DNA of 64,000 bases, taken from assembly GCF_009914755.1 (NCBI RefSeq), contig NC_060948.1; one strand, given 5' to 3'. The stretch comes from the human T2T-CHM13v2.0 reference genome, Homo sapiens. Each line of letters starts with the position of its first letter. Within the stretch, counting starts at the first letter, position 1. Both the position numbers and the translations under genes were made by a program. Of this stretch, positions 1 to 13,600 are shown piece after piece. Below the pieces are notes generated by a model. It did no database searches, was not told the DNA's origin, and saw only the letters and a list, made by a program, of their open reading frames with translations.

Positions 1-2373
1 GGAGTCAAAAGGAATGGAATCGAATGGCAAGAAATCGAATGTAATGGAATCGCAAGGAATTGATGTGAACGGAACGGAATGGAATGGAATCCAAAGGAAT
101 GGAATAGAATGGAATGGAATCGAATGGAAAGGACTCGAATGGAAATCACTCGAATAGAATGCAATTTAATAAAATAGGATCAAATGTAATGGAATGGAAT
201 GGAAAGGAATCGAAACGAAAGGAATGGAGACAGATGGAATGGAATGGAACAGAGAGCAATGGTATAGAATGGAATGGAATCATCTGGAATGGAATTGAAT
301 GGAATGGAATAATATGAAATGGAATGGAATGGAATGGAATGGAATGCCCTTGAATTAAATGGACTGGACTCGAACAGAGTGGAATGGAAAGTGTTGAGAT
401 AGAATGGAATGGACTCCTTTGGAATGGTCTAGTATGCAATGCAATCGACTGGCAGGGAATCAAAAGGAATGTAATGGAATGGATTAGACTGGAATGCAAT
501 GGACTCGAATAGATTGGAAACGGAATGCAAAGGAATGGAATGGAATAGTATGGAATGCAATGGAAGGGAATGGAGTGGAATAGACTAGAGTGGAATGGAA
601 TGGACTGGAAAGCAATGGACTGGAATGGAAATTTCTTGGATGGACTGTAATCAAACGGAATGGAATGCAATGCAATCAAATGGCATGGAATAAAATAGAA
701 TGAAAGAGAATCAAATGGAATTGAATCGAATGTAATCGAATGGATTGGAAAGGAATAGAATGGAATGGAATGGAATTGACTCAAATGGAATGGACTAGAA
801 TGGAATGGATTCGAATGGAAGGCAAAGGAATGGAATCTATTGGAATGGACTGTAATGGAATGGAATGGAAGGGATTGGAATGGACTCGAATGGAATGGAC
901 TGCAATAGAAAGGATTCGAATGGAATGAAAAAGAATTGAATGGAATAGAACAGAATGGAATCAAATCGAATGAAATGGAATGGAATAGAAAGGAATGGAA
1001 TGAAATGGAATGGAAAGGATTCGAATGGAATGCAATCGAATGGAATGGAATCGAACGGAATGGAATAAAATGGAAGAAAACTGGCAAGAAATGGAATCGA
1101 AATGAATGGAGTGTTATGGAACGGAATCAAAAGGAATTGAATGTAATAGAATGGAGTGGAGTGGACTCGAATATAATGGACTGGAATGGAATGAAATCAC
1201 ATGGAATGGGAACGAATGGAATGGAATGGAAAGGAATGGAATCGAATGGAAAGGAATCGAATGGAAGGGAATGAAATTGAATCAACAGGAATGGAAGGGA
1301 ATAGAATAGACTGTAATGGAATGGACTCGGATAGAATGGACACGAATGCTCAAATTAAATGGACTCGAATGGAATGGAAACGAAAGGAATGTCATCGAAT
1401 GGAATTGAATCGATTGGAATGAAATCGCATAGAATGGAGTGGAATCAAATGGAATTGAATCGAAAGGAAAGGAAGCGAATGGACTGAAATGAAATGGAAT
1501 GGAATTGAATGGAAAGTAATTCAATGGAATAGAATGGAACGAAATTTCACGGAATGGAATCAAACTGAATGGAATCAAATCAATGGAATCAAATCAAATG
1601 GAATGGAAAGGAATTGAATGGAGTAGATTGGATTGGATGGGATTGGAATGAAATGTACTGGAAAGGACTCGAATTTCATGAAAAGGAATGGAATGAATTG
1701 GAACGGAATGGACTCGAATGGAATGGAATGTCATGGGATGGCATCAAAGGGAATGGCATCAAATGGAAGGGAATCGAATGCAATGGAATGCTATGGAATG
1801 GAATGGAAAGCATTGGAATGGAATGTCCTCTAATGGAATGGATTCGAGTGGAATGGAATTGAATATAATGGAGTCGAATGAAATGGAATTGAAAGGAATG
1901 GGATCGAATACAATGGAATATACTGGAATGTAACGTAATGAACTCGAATGTAATTGACTGGAATGGAATGTACATGAATGGAATGTAATCGAATGGAAAG
2001 TAATCCAATGGAATAGAATCTAATGCAATAAAATCGACTCAGATAGAGTAGAATGTAATGGAAAGGAGTGCAGTGCAATGGAATGGAATGGAATGGAATG
2101 CAATGGAATGGAATGGAATGGAATGGAATGGAGTGGAATGGAATGGGATGGAATGGTATGGAATGGATAGTAATGGACTGGAGTGAAATGGACTGGAAAG
2201 GAATGGACTCAAATTGAAAGGGCTCGAAAGGAATGGAGTCAAATGGAATGGTCTGGAATGGAATGAACACGAATGTAATGCAACCCAATAGAATGGAATC
2301 GAATGGCATGGAATATAAAGAAATGGAATCGAAGAGAATGGAAACAAATGGAATGGAATTGAATGGAATGGAA

Positions 2374-2527
2374 TTGAATGGAATGGGAACGAATGGAGTG
2401 AAATTGTATGCAGTAGAAGAGAATAGAATGGAATGCAAGCGAAAGGAAAGGAATGGATTGCAATGGAATGGAATTCATTGGAATGGAAGGGAATGTAGTG
2501 TAATGGACAGGCCTGGAATAAAGTGGA
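2374..2527. other. DYZ1 diagnostic segment: Y1.2/Y1.1 PCR-sexing primer sites flanking EcoRI (2471-2476) and StuI/HaeIII (AGGCCT 2509-2514); recurs in each full unit
   Basis: TTGAATGGAATGGGAACGAATGG at 2374-2396 and GGACAGGCCTGGAATAAAGTGGA (reverse complement of TCCACTTTATTCCAGGCCTGTCC) at 2505-2527. Primer identities are recalled from the literature, not looked up. Confidence 0.85.
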
Positions 2528-2885
2528 ATGCTACGGTCTCGAATGGAATAAAAATGTATGGAATGGAATGCAATGAAACGGAATCGAATGTCATAGAATG
2601 TAATGGAATGCAAAAAAATGGACTCCAAAATCATTGACTGGAAAGGCTGGGTGTCGAAAGGAATTGACTCCAATGGAATGGAATCGAATGGAATGGAAGT
2701 GAATAGAATCGAACTAAATCGAATGGAATGGAATTGATAGGAACGGAATGGAAAGGAATGCAATGATTTGGCATGGAATGGAATCGAATGGCATCAAATG
2801 GAATGGAATGGAATGCAATGGAATGGAATGTATTAGAATGTAATGAACATTAATGGAATGTACTCGAATGGATTCGACTGGAATG

Positions 2886-2898
2886 GAATGTTCTGGAA
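2886..2898. promoter_or_regulatory. Perfect 3-unit heat-shock element motif HSE-A (GAAtgTTCtgGAA); present at the homologous position in U1-U17
   Basis: Exact GAAnnTTCnnGAA match. HSF1 binding is inferred from the motif, not shown. Confidence 0.55.
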
Positions 2899-3164
2899 GT
2901 GAATGGACTCCAATGGAATGGATTCGAAAGGAATGGAATCGAACGGAATGGAATCTAATGGAATGGAATTAAATGGAAATGAATCAAATTGAATAGCACG
3001 GAATTGAATTGAATGGAATCGAATGCAATGGAATCTAATGAAACGGAAAGGAAAGAATGGAATGGAATGGAATGGGCTGGAATGGAAAGGAATCGAAACG
3101 AATGGAATGGAATCGAACTGAAGAGACTGGAATGGAATGCACTGGAATGGAAGGGAGTGTAATG

Positions 3165-3177
3165 GAAGGTTCTCGAA
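3165..3177. promoter_or_regulatory. Perfect 3-unit heat-shock element motif HSE-B (GAAggTTCtcGAA); present at the homologous position in U1-U17
   Basis: Exact GAAnnTTCnnGAA match, followed by an A-tract. Confidence 0.55.
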
Positions 3178-3553
3178 AAAAATGGAATCGAATGGAATGG
3201 AATTGAATGGAACGGAATATAGTCGCATGGAATTGAATGGAATGGAATGGACTAGAGTGAAATGGAATCGAACCAAAAGGAATGGAAAGGAATAGAATGG
3301 TCTCGAATTGAATGGAATCGTATGGAATGGCATCAAACGGAATGGAAAGGACAGCCACGGAATGGAATGCACTCGAATGCAATGGAGTCGAAACTAATGG
3401 ACTGGAATAGAATGGACTCGACTGGTACGGACTCCAATGGAATGGAATCGAATGGAAGGGAATCAAACGGAATGGACTCGAAGGGAAAAGACTGCAATGG
3501 AAAGGTCTCGAATGGAATGGAAATTAATGGAATGGAATGGAATCGAATGAAAT

Positions 3554-6500
3554 GGAGTCAAAAGGAATGGAATCGAATGGCAAGAAATCGAATGTAATGG
3601 AATCGCAAGGAATTGATGTGAACGGAACGGAATGGAATGGAATCCAAAGGAATGGAATAGAATGGAATGGAATCGAATGGAAAGGACTCGAATGGAAATC
3701 ACTCGAATAGAATGCAATTTAATAAAATAGGATCAAATGTAATGGAATGGAATGGAAAGGAATCGAAACGAAAGGAATGGAGACAGATGGAATGGAATGG
3801 AACAGAGAGCAATGGTATAGAATGGAATGGAATCATCTGGAATGGAATTGAATTGAATGGAATAATATGAAATGGAATGGAATGGAATGGAATGGAATGC
3901 CCTTGAATTAAATGGACTGGAATGGAATGGACTCAAACAGAGTGGAATGGAAAGTGTGGAGATAGAATGGAATGAACTCCTTTGGAATGGTCTAGTAGGC
4001 AATGCAATCGACTGGCAGGGAATCAAAAGGAATGTAATCGAATGGATTGGACTGGAATGCAATGGACTCGAATAGATTGGAAACGGAATGCAAAGGAATG
4101 GAATGGAATAGTATGGAATGGAATGGAAAGGAATGGAGTGGAATAGACTAGAGTGGAATGGAATGGACTGGAAAGCAATGGACTGGAATGGAACTTTCTT
4201 GAATGGACTGGAATCAAACGGAATGGAATGCAATGCAATCAAATAGCATGGAATAACATAGAATGAAAGAGAATCAAATGGAATTGAATCGAATGGAATC
4301 GAATGGATTGGAAAGGAATAGAATGGAATGGAATGGAATTGACTCAAATGGAATGGACTAGAATGGAATGGATTCGAATGGAAGGCAAAGGAATGGAATC
4401 TATTGGAATGGACTGTAATGGAATGGAATGGAAGGGATTGGAATGGACTCGAATGGAATGGACTGCAATAGAAAGGATTCGAATGGAATGAAAAAGAATT
4501 GAATGGAATAGAACAGAATGGAATCAAATCGAATGAAATGGAATGGAATAGAAAGGAATGGAATGAAATGGAATGGAAAGGATTCGAATGGAATGCAATC
4601 GAATGGAATGGAATCGAACGGAATGGAATAAAATGGAAGAAAACTGGCAAGAAATGGAATCGAAATGAATGGAGTGTTATGGAATGGACTCAAAAGGAAT
4701 TGAATGTAATAGAATGGAGTGGAGTGGACTCGAATATAATGGACTGGAATGGAATGAAATCACATGGAATGGGAACGAATGGAATGGAATGGAATGGAAT
4801 GGAATCGAATGGAAAGGAATCGAATGGAAGAGAATGAAATTGAATCAACAGGAATGGAAGGGAATAGAATAGACGGTAATGGAATGGACTCGAATAGAAT
4901 GGACACGAATGTTCAAATTGAATGGACTCGAATGGAATGGAAACGAAAGGAATGTCATCGAATGGAATTGAATCGATTGGAATGAAATCGCATAGAATGG
5001 AGTGGAATCAAATGGAATTGAATCGAAAATAAAGGAAGCGAATGGACTGAAATGAAATGGAATGGAATTGAATGGAAAGTAATGCAATGGAATAGAATGG
5101 AACGAAATTTCACGGAATGGAATCAAACTGAATGGAATCAAATCAATGGAATCAAATCAAATGGAATGGAAAGAATTGAATGGAGTAGATTGGATTGGAT
5201 GGGATTGGAATGAAATGTACTGGAAAGGACTCGAATTTCATGAAACGGAATGGAATGAGTTGGAACGGAATGGACTCGAATGGAATGGAATGTCATGGAA
5301 TGGCATCAAATGGAATGGCATCAAATGGAATGGAATCGAATGCAATGGAATGCTATGGAATGGAATGGAATGCATTGGAATGGAATGTCCTCTAATGGAA
5401 TGGATTCGAGTGGAATGGAATCGAATATAATGGAGTCGAATGAAATGGAATTGAAAGGAATGGGATCGAATACAATGGATGGAATGTAATGTAATGAACT
5501 CGAATGTAATTGACTGGAATGGAATGTACATGAATGGAATGTAATCGAATGGAAAGTAATCCAATGGAATAGAATGTAATGCAATAAAATCGACTCAGAT
5601 AGAGTAGAATGTAATGGAATGGAGTGCAGTGCAATGGAATGGAATGGAATGGAATGCAATGGAATGGAATGGAATGGAATGGAATGGAATGGAATGGAAT
5701 GGGATGGAATGGTTTGGAATGGATAGTAATGGACTGGAATGAAATGGACTGGAAAAGAATGGACTCAAATTGAAAGGGCTCGAAAGGAATGGAGTCAAAT
5801 GGAATGGTCTGGAATGGAATGAACACGAATGTAATGCCATCCAATAGAATGGAATCGAATGGCATGGAATATAAAGAAATGGAATCGAAGAGAATGGAAA
5901 CAAATGGAATGGAATTGAATGGAATGGAATTGAATGGAATGGGAACGAATGGAGTGAAATTGTATGCAGTAGAAGAGAATAGAATGGAATGCAAGCGAAA
6001 GGAAAGGAATGGATTGCAATGGAATGGAATTCATTGGAATGGAAGGGAATGTAGTGTAATGGACAGGCCTGGAATAAAGTGGAATGCTACGGTCTCGAAT
6101 GGAATAAAAATGTATGGAATGGAATGCAATGAAACGGAATCGAATGTCATAGAATGTAATGGAATGCAAAAAATGGAATCCAAAATCATTGAATGGAAAG
6201 GCTGGGTGTCGAAAGGAATTGACTGCAAAGGAATGGAATCGAATGGAATGGAAGTGAATAGAATCGAACTAAATCGAATGGAATGGAATTGATAGGAACG
6301 GAATGGAAAGGAATGCAACGATTTGGCATGGAATGGAATCGAATGGCATCGAATGGAATGGAATGGAATGCAATGGAATGGAATGTATTAGAATGTAATG
6401 AACATTAATGGAATGTACTCGAATGGATTCGACTGGAATGGAATGTTCTGGAAGTGAATGGACTCCAATGGAATGGATTCGAAAGGAATGGAATCGAACG

Positions 6501-7109
6501 GAATGGAATCTAATGGAATGGAATTAAATGGAAATGAATCAAATTGAATAGCACGGAATTGAATTGAATGGAATCGAATGCAATGGAATCTAATGAAACG
6601 GAAAGGAAAGGAATGCAATGGAATGGAATGGGCTGGAATGGAAAGGAATCGAAACGAATGGAATGGAATCGAACTGAAGAGACTGGAATGGAATGCACTG
6701 GAATGGAAGGGAGTGTAATGGAAGGTTCTCGAAAAAAATGGAATCGAATGGAATGGAATTGAATGGAACGGAATAGAGTCGCATGGAATTGAATGGAATG
6801 GAATGGACTAGAGTGAAATGGAATTGAACCAAAAGGAATGGACAGGAATAGAATGGTCTCGAATTGAATGGAATCCTATGGAATGGCATCAAACGGAATG
6901 GAATGGACAGCCACGGAATGGAATGCACTCGAATGCAATGGAGTCGAAACTAATGGACTGGAATAGAATGGATTCGACTGGTAAGGACTCCAATGGAATG
7001 GAATCGAATGGAAGGGAATCGAACGGAATGGACTCGAAGGGAAAAGACTGCAATGGAAAGGTCTCGAATGGAATGGAAATTAATGGAATGGAATGGAATC
7101 GAATGAAAT
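3554..7109 (+). repeat. DYZ1 unit U2 (3556 bp; type-B 5' segment; 6-bp deletion near 5478)
   Basis: Landmark spacing; ACTCAAACAG/GTGTGGAG/GAACTCC variants. Confidence 0.92.
4191..4203. promoter_or_regulatory. Polymorphic heat-shock element motif HSE-C (GAActTTCttGAA in U2; GAAnnTTCttGGA in some units)
   Basis: Exact match in about ten units, third box broken in about seven, deleted in U5. Confidence 0.45.
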
Positions 7110-10100
7110 GGAGTCAAAAGGAATGGAATCGAATGGCAAGAAATCGAATGTAATGGAATCGCAAGGAATTGATGTGAACGGAACGGAATGGAATGGAATC
7201 CAAAGGAATGGAATAGAATGGAATGGAATCGAATGGAAAGGACTCGAATGGAAATCACTCGAATAGAATGCAATTTAATAAAATAGGATCAAATGTAATG
7301 GAATGGAAAGGAAAGGAATCGAAACGAAAGGAATGGAGACAGATGGAATGGAATGGAACAGAGAGCAATGGTATAGAATGGAATGGAATCATCTGCAATG
7401 GAATTGAATGGAATGGAATAATATGAAATGGAATGGAATGGAATGGAATGGAATGCCCTTGAATTAAATGGACTGAACTCGAACAGAGTGGAATGGAAAG
7501 TGTTGAGATAGAATGGAATGGACTCCTTTGGAATGGTCTAGTAGGCAATGCAATCGACTGGCAGGGAATCAAAAGGAATGTAATCGAATGGATTGGACTG
7601 GAATGCAATGGACTCGAATAGATTGGAAACGGAATGCAAAGGAATGGAATGGAATAGTATGGAATGCAATGGAAGGGAATGGAGTGGAATAGACTAGAGT
7701 GGAATGGAATGGACTGGAAAGCAATGGACTGGAATGGAACTTTCTTGGATGGACTGGAATCAAACGGAATGGAATGCAATGCAATCAAATGGCATGGAAT
7801 AAAATAGAATGAAAGAGAATCAAATGGAATTGAATCGAATGGAATCGAATGGATTGGAAAGGAATAGAATGGAATGGAATGGAATTGACTCAAATGGAAT
7901 GGACTAGAATGGAATGGATTCGAATGGAAGGCAAAGGAATGGAATCTATTGGAATGGACTGTAATGGAATGGAATGGAAGGGATTGGAATGGACTCGAAT
8001 GGAATGGACTGCAATAGAAAGGATTCGAATGGAATGAAAAAGAATTGAATGGAATAGAACAGAATGGAATCAAATCGAATGAAATGGAATGGAATAGAAA
8101 GTAATGGAATGAAATGGAATGGAAAGGATTCGAATGGAATGCAATCGAATGGAATGGAATCGAACGGAATGGAATAAAATGGAAGAAAACTGGCAAGAAA
8201 TGGAATCGAAATGAATGGAGTGTTATGGAACGGACTCAAAAGGAATTGAATGTAATAGAATGGAGTGGAGTGGACTCGAATATAATGGACTGGAATGGAA
8301 TGAAATCACATGGAATGGGAACGAATGGAATGGAATGGAAAGGAATGGAATCGAATGGAAAGGAATCGAATGGAAGGGAATGAAACTGAATCAACAGGAA
8401 TGGAAGGGAATAGAATAGACGGTAATGGAATGGACTCGAATAGAATGGACACGAATGCTCAAATTGAATGGACTCGAATGGAATGGAAACGAAAGGAATG
8501 TCATCGAATGGAATTGAATCGATTGGAATGAAATCGCATAGAATGGAGTGGAATCAAATGGAATTGAATCGAAAGGAAAGGAAGCGAATGGACTGAAATG
8601 AAATGGAATGGAATTGAATGGAAAGTAATGCAATGGAATAGAATGGAACGAAATTTCACGGAATGCAATCAAACTGAATGGAATCAAATCAATGGAATCT
8701 AATCAAATGGAATGGAAAGGAATTGAATGGAGTAGATTGGATTGGATGGGATTGGAATGAAATGTACTGGAAAGGACTCGAATTTCATGAAACGGAGTGG
8801 AATGAATTGGAACGGAATGGACTCGAATGGAATGGAATGTCATGGAATGGCATCAAATGGAATGGCATCAAATGGAATGGAATCGAATGCAATGGAATGC
8901 TATGGAATGGAATGGAATGCATTGGAATGGAATGTCCTCTAATGGAATGGATTCGAGTGGAATGGAATCGAATATAATGGAGTCGAATGAAATGGAATTG
9001 AAAGGAATGGGATCGAATACAATGGAATATACTGGAATGTAATGTAATGAACTCGAATGTAATTGACTGGAATGGAATGTACATGAATGGAATGTAATCG
9101 AATGGAAAGTAATCCAATGGAATAGAATCTAATGCAATAAAATCGACTCAGATAGAGTAGAATGTAATGGAATGGAGTGCAGTGCAATGGAATGGATTGG
9201 AATGGAATGCAATGGAATGGAATGGAATGGAATGGAATGGAATGGAATGGAATGGGATGGAATGGTATGGAATGGATAGTAATGGACTGGAATGAAATGG
9301 ACTGGAAAAGAATGGACTCAAATTGAAAGGGCTCGAAAGGAATGGAGTCAAATGGAATGGTCTGGAATGGAATGAACACGAATGTAATGCAACCCAATAG
9401 AATGGAATCGAATGGCATGGAATATAAAGAAATGGAATCGAAGAGAATGGAAACACATGGAATGGAATTGAATGGAATGGAATTGAATGGAATGGGAACG
9501 AATGGAGTGAAATTGTATGCAGTAGAAGAGAATAGAATGGAATGCAAGCGAAAGGAAAGGAATGGATTGCAATGGAATGGAATTCATTGGAATGGAAGGG
9601 AATGTAGTGTAATGGACAGGCCTGGAATAAAGTGGAATGCTACGGTCTCGAATGGAATAAAAATGTATGGAATGGAATGCAATGAAACGGAATCGAATGT
9701 CATAGAATGTAATGGAATGCAAAAAAATGGAATCCAAAATCATTGAATGGAAAGGCTGGGTGTCGAAAGGAATTGACTGCAATGGAATGGAATTGAATGG
9801 AATGGAAGTGAATAGAATCGAACTAAATCGAATGGAATGGAATTGATAGGAACGGAATGGAAAGGAATGCAATGATTTGGAATGGAATGGAATCGAATGG
9901 CATCGAATGGAATGGAATGGAATGCAATGGAATGGAATGTATTAGAATGTAATGAACATTAATGGAATGTACTCGAATGGATTCGACTGGAATGGAATGT
10001 TCTGGAAGTGAATGGACTCCAATGGAATGGATTCGAAAGGAATGGAATCGAACGGAATGGAATCTAATGGAATGGAATTAAATGGAAATGAATCAAATTG

Positions 10101-10663
10101 AATAGCACGGAATTGAATTGAATGGAATCGAATGCAATGGAATCTAATGAAACGGAAAGGAAAGGAATGCAATGGAATGGAATGGGCTGTAATGGAAAGG
10201 AATCGAAACGAATGGAATGGAATCGAACTGAAGAGACTGGAATGGAATGCACTGGAATGGAAGGGAGTGTAATGGAAGGTTCTCGAAAAAAATGGAATCG
10301 AATGGAATGGAATTGAATGGAACGGAATAGAGTCGCATGGAATTGAATGGAATGGAATGGACTAGAGTGAATTGGAATCGAACCAAAAGGAATGGACAGG
10401 AATAGAATGGTCTCGAATTGAATGGAATCGTATGGAATGGCATCAAACGGAATGGAATGGACAGCCACGGAATGGAATGCACTCGAATGCAATGGAGTCG
10501 AAACTAATGGACTGGAATAGAATGGACTCGACTTGTACGGACTCCAATGGAATGGAATCGAATGGAAGGGAATCGAACGGAATGGACTCGAAGGGAAAAG
10601 ACTGCAATGGAAAGGTATCGAATGGAATGGAAATTAATGGAATGGAATGGAATCGAAGGAAAA
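7110..10663 (+). repeat. DYZ1 unit U3 (3554 bp)
   Basis: Landmark spacing. Confidence 0.92.
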
Positions 10664-13600
10664 GGAGTCAAAAGGAATGGAATCGAATGGCAAGAAATCG
10701 AATGTAATGGAATCGCAAGGAATTGATGTGAACGGAACGGAATGGAATGGAATCCAAAGGAATGGAATAGAATGGAATGGAATCGAATGGAAAGGACTCG
10801 AATGGAAATCACTCGAATAGAATGCAATTTAATAAAATAGGACCAAATGTAATAGAATGGAATGGAAAGGAATCGAAACGGAAGGAATGGAGACAGATGG
10901 AATGGAATGGAACAGAGAGCAATGGTATAGAATGGAATGGAATCATCTGGAATGGAATTGAATGGAATGGAATAATATGAAATGGAATGGAATGGAATGG
11001 AATGGAATGCCCTTGAATTAAATGGACTGGACTCGAACAGAGTGGAATGGAAAGTGTTGAGATAGAATGGAATGGACTCCTTTGGAATGGTGTAGTATGC
11101 AATGCAATCGACTGGCAGGGAATCAAAAGGAATGTAATCGAATGGATTGGACTGGAATGCAATGGACTCGAATAGATTGGAAACGGAATGCAAAGGAATG
11201 GAATGGAATAGTATGGAATGCAATGGAAGGGAATGGAGTGGAATAGACTAGAGTGGAATGGAATGGACTGGAAAGCAATGGACTGGAATGGAACATTCTT
11301 GGATGGACTGGAATCAAACGGAATGGAATGCAATGCAATCAAATGGCATGGAATAAAATAGAATGAAAGAGAATCAAATGGAATTGAATCGAATGGAATC
11401 GAATGGATTGGAAATGAATAGAATGGAATGGAATGGAATTGACTCAAATGGAATGGACTAGAATGGAATGGATTCGAATGGAAGGCAAAGGAATGGAATC
11501 TATTGGAATGGACTGTAATGGAATGGAATGGAAGGGATTGGAATGGACTCGAATGGAATGGACTGCAATAGAAAGGATTCGAATGGAATGAAAAAGAATT
11601 GAATGGAATAGAACAGAATGGAATCAAATCGAATGAAATGGAATGGAATAGAAAGTAATGGAATGAAATGGAATGGAAAGGATTCGAATGGAATGCAATC
11701 GAATGGAATGGAATCGAACGGAATGGAATAAAATGGAAGAAAACTGGCAAGAAATGGAATCGAAATGAATGGAGTGTTATGGAACGGACTCAAAAGGAAT
11801 TGAATGTAATAGAATGGAGTGGAGTGGACTCGAATATAATGGACTGGAATGGAATGAAATCACATGGAATGGGAACGAATGGAATGGAATGGAAAGGAAT
11901 GGAATCGAATGGAAAGGAATCGAATGGAAGGGAATGAAATTGAAACAACAGGAATGGAAGGGAATAGAATAGACTGTAATGGAATGGACTCGAATAGAAT
12001 GGACACGAATGCTCAAATTAAATGGACTCGAATGGAATGGAAACGAAAGGAATGTCATCGAATGGAATTGAATCGATTGGAATGAAATCGCATAGAATGG
12101 AGTGGAATCAAATGGAATTGAATCGAAAGGAAAGGAAGCAAATGGACTGAAATGAAATGGAATGGAATTGAATGGAAAGTAATGCAATGGAATAGAATGG
12201 AACGAAATTTCACGGAATGGAATCAAACTGAATGGAATCAAATCAATGGAATGAAATCAAATGGAATGGAAAGGAATTGAATGGAGTAGATGGGATTGGA
12301 TGGGATTGGAATGAAATGTACTGGAAAGGACTCGAATTTCATGAAACGGAATGGAATGAATTGGAACGGAATGGACTCGAATGGAATGGAGTGTCATGGA
12401 ATGGCATCAAATGGAATGGAATCGAATGCAATGGAATGCTATGGAATGGAATGGAATGCATTGGAATGGAATGTCCTCTAATGGAATGGATTCGAGTGGA
12501 ATGGAATTGAATATAATGGAGTCGAATGAAATGGAATTGAAAGGAATGGGATCGAATACAATGGAATATACTGGAATGTAACGTAATGAACTCGAATGTA
12601 ATTGACTGGAATGGAATGTACATGAATGGAATGTAATCGAATGGAAAGTAATCCAATGGAATAGAATCTAATGCGATAAAATCGACTCAGATAGAGTAGA
12701 ATGTAATGGAATGGAGTGCAGTGCAATGGAATGGAATGGAATGGAATGCAATGGAATGGAATGGAATGGAAGGGAATGGGATGGAATGGTATGGAATGGA
12801 TAGTAATGGACTGGAGTGAAATGGACTGGAAAGGAATGGACTCAAATTGAAAGGGCTCGAAAGGAATGGAGTGAAATGGAATGGTCTGGAATGGAATGAA
12901 CACGAATGTAATGCAATCCAATAGAATGGAATCGAATGGCATGGAATATAAAGAAATGGAATCGAAGAGAATGGAAACAAATGGAATGGAATTGAATGGA
13001 ATGGAATTGAATGGAATGGGAACGAATGGAGTGAAATTGTATGCAGTAGAAGAGAATAGAATGGAATGCAAGCGAAAGGAAAGGAATGGATTGGAATGGA
13101 ATGGAATTCATTGGAATGGAAGGGAATGTAGTGTAATGGACAGGCCTGGAATAAAGTGGAATGCTACGGTCTCGAATGGAATAAAAATGTATGGAATGGA
13201 ATGCAATGAAACGGAATCGAATGTCATAGAATGTAATGGAATGCAAAAAAATGGAATCCAAAATCATTGACTGGAAAGGCTGGGTGTCGAAAGGAATTGA
13301 CTCCAATGGAATGGAATCGAATGGAATGGAAGTGAATAGAATCGAACTAAATCGAATGGAATGGAATTGATAGGAACGGAATGGAAAGGAATGCAATGAT
13401 TTGGCATGGAATGGAATCGAATGGCATCGAATGGAATGGAATGGAATGCAATGGAATGGAATGTATTAGAATGTAATGAACTTTAATGGAATGTACTCGA
13501 ATGGATTCGACTGGAATGGAATGTTCTGGAAGTGAATGGACTCCAATGGAATGGATTCAAAAGGAATGGAATCGTACGGAATGGAATCTAATGGAATGGA

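Larger units (their letters stand above)
1..3553 (+). repeat. DYZ1 unit U1 (3553 bp)
   Basis: Unit start defined at the GGAGTCAAAAGG landmark; next copy at 3554. Confidence 0.92.

Noticed and set aside
161-180. AATAAA motifs (e.g. ATTTAATAAAATAGG) as polyadenylation signals for DYZ1 ncRNA
   Set aside because: Several occur per unit and arise easily from GGAAT-AAAAT variants; no GU/U-rich downstream element or transcript evidence is visible in the sequence.
146-1087. 313-aa minus-strand ORF and the hundreds of other ORFs (FHSIP / MEWNG repeats) recurring in each unit
   Set aside because: Pure (CATTC)n and (GGAAT)n contain no stop codons, so long low-complexity ORFs are expected. Many listed starts are not ATG, and frames are broken by 1-, 2-, 5- and 10-bp indels between units. 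No domains and no sign of coding constraint.
1570-1600. GAATCAAATCA resembling a DUX4 site (TAATCTAATCA-like)
   Set aside because: Lacks the initial TAA of the consensus; explained by CAAAT pentamer variants.
1668-1682. CGAATTTCATGAA and GAAATTTCACGGA as additional HSEs
   Set aside because: Only two correctly spaced boxes each; not perfect three-unit elements.
6165-6175. Single-base indels (A6 instead of A7 here; also ~5172, ~24677, ~37957, ~46238)
   Set aside because: Isolated 1-bp changes in or near homopolymers may be consensus errors and cannot be judged without reads.
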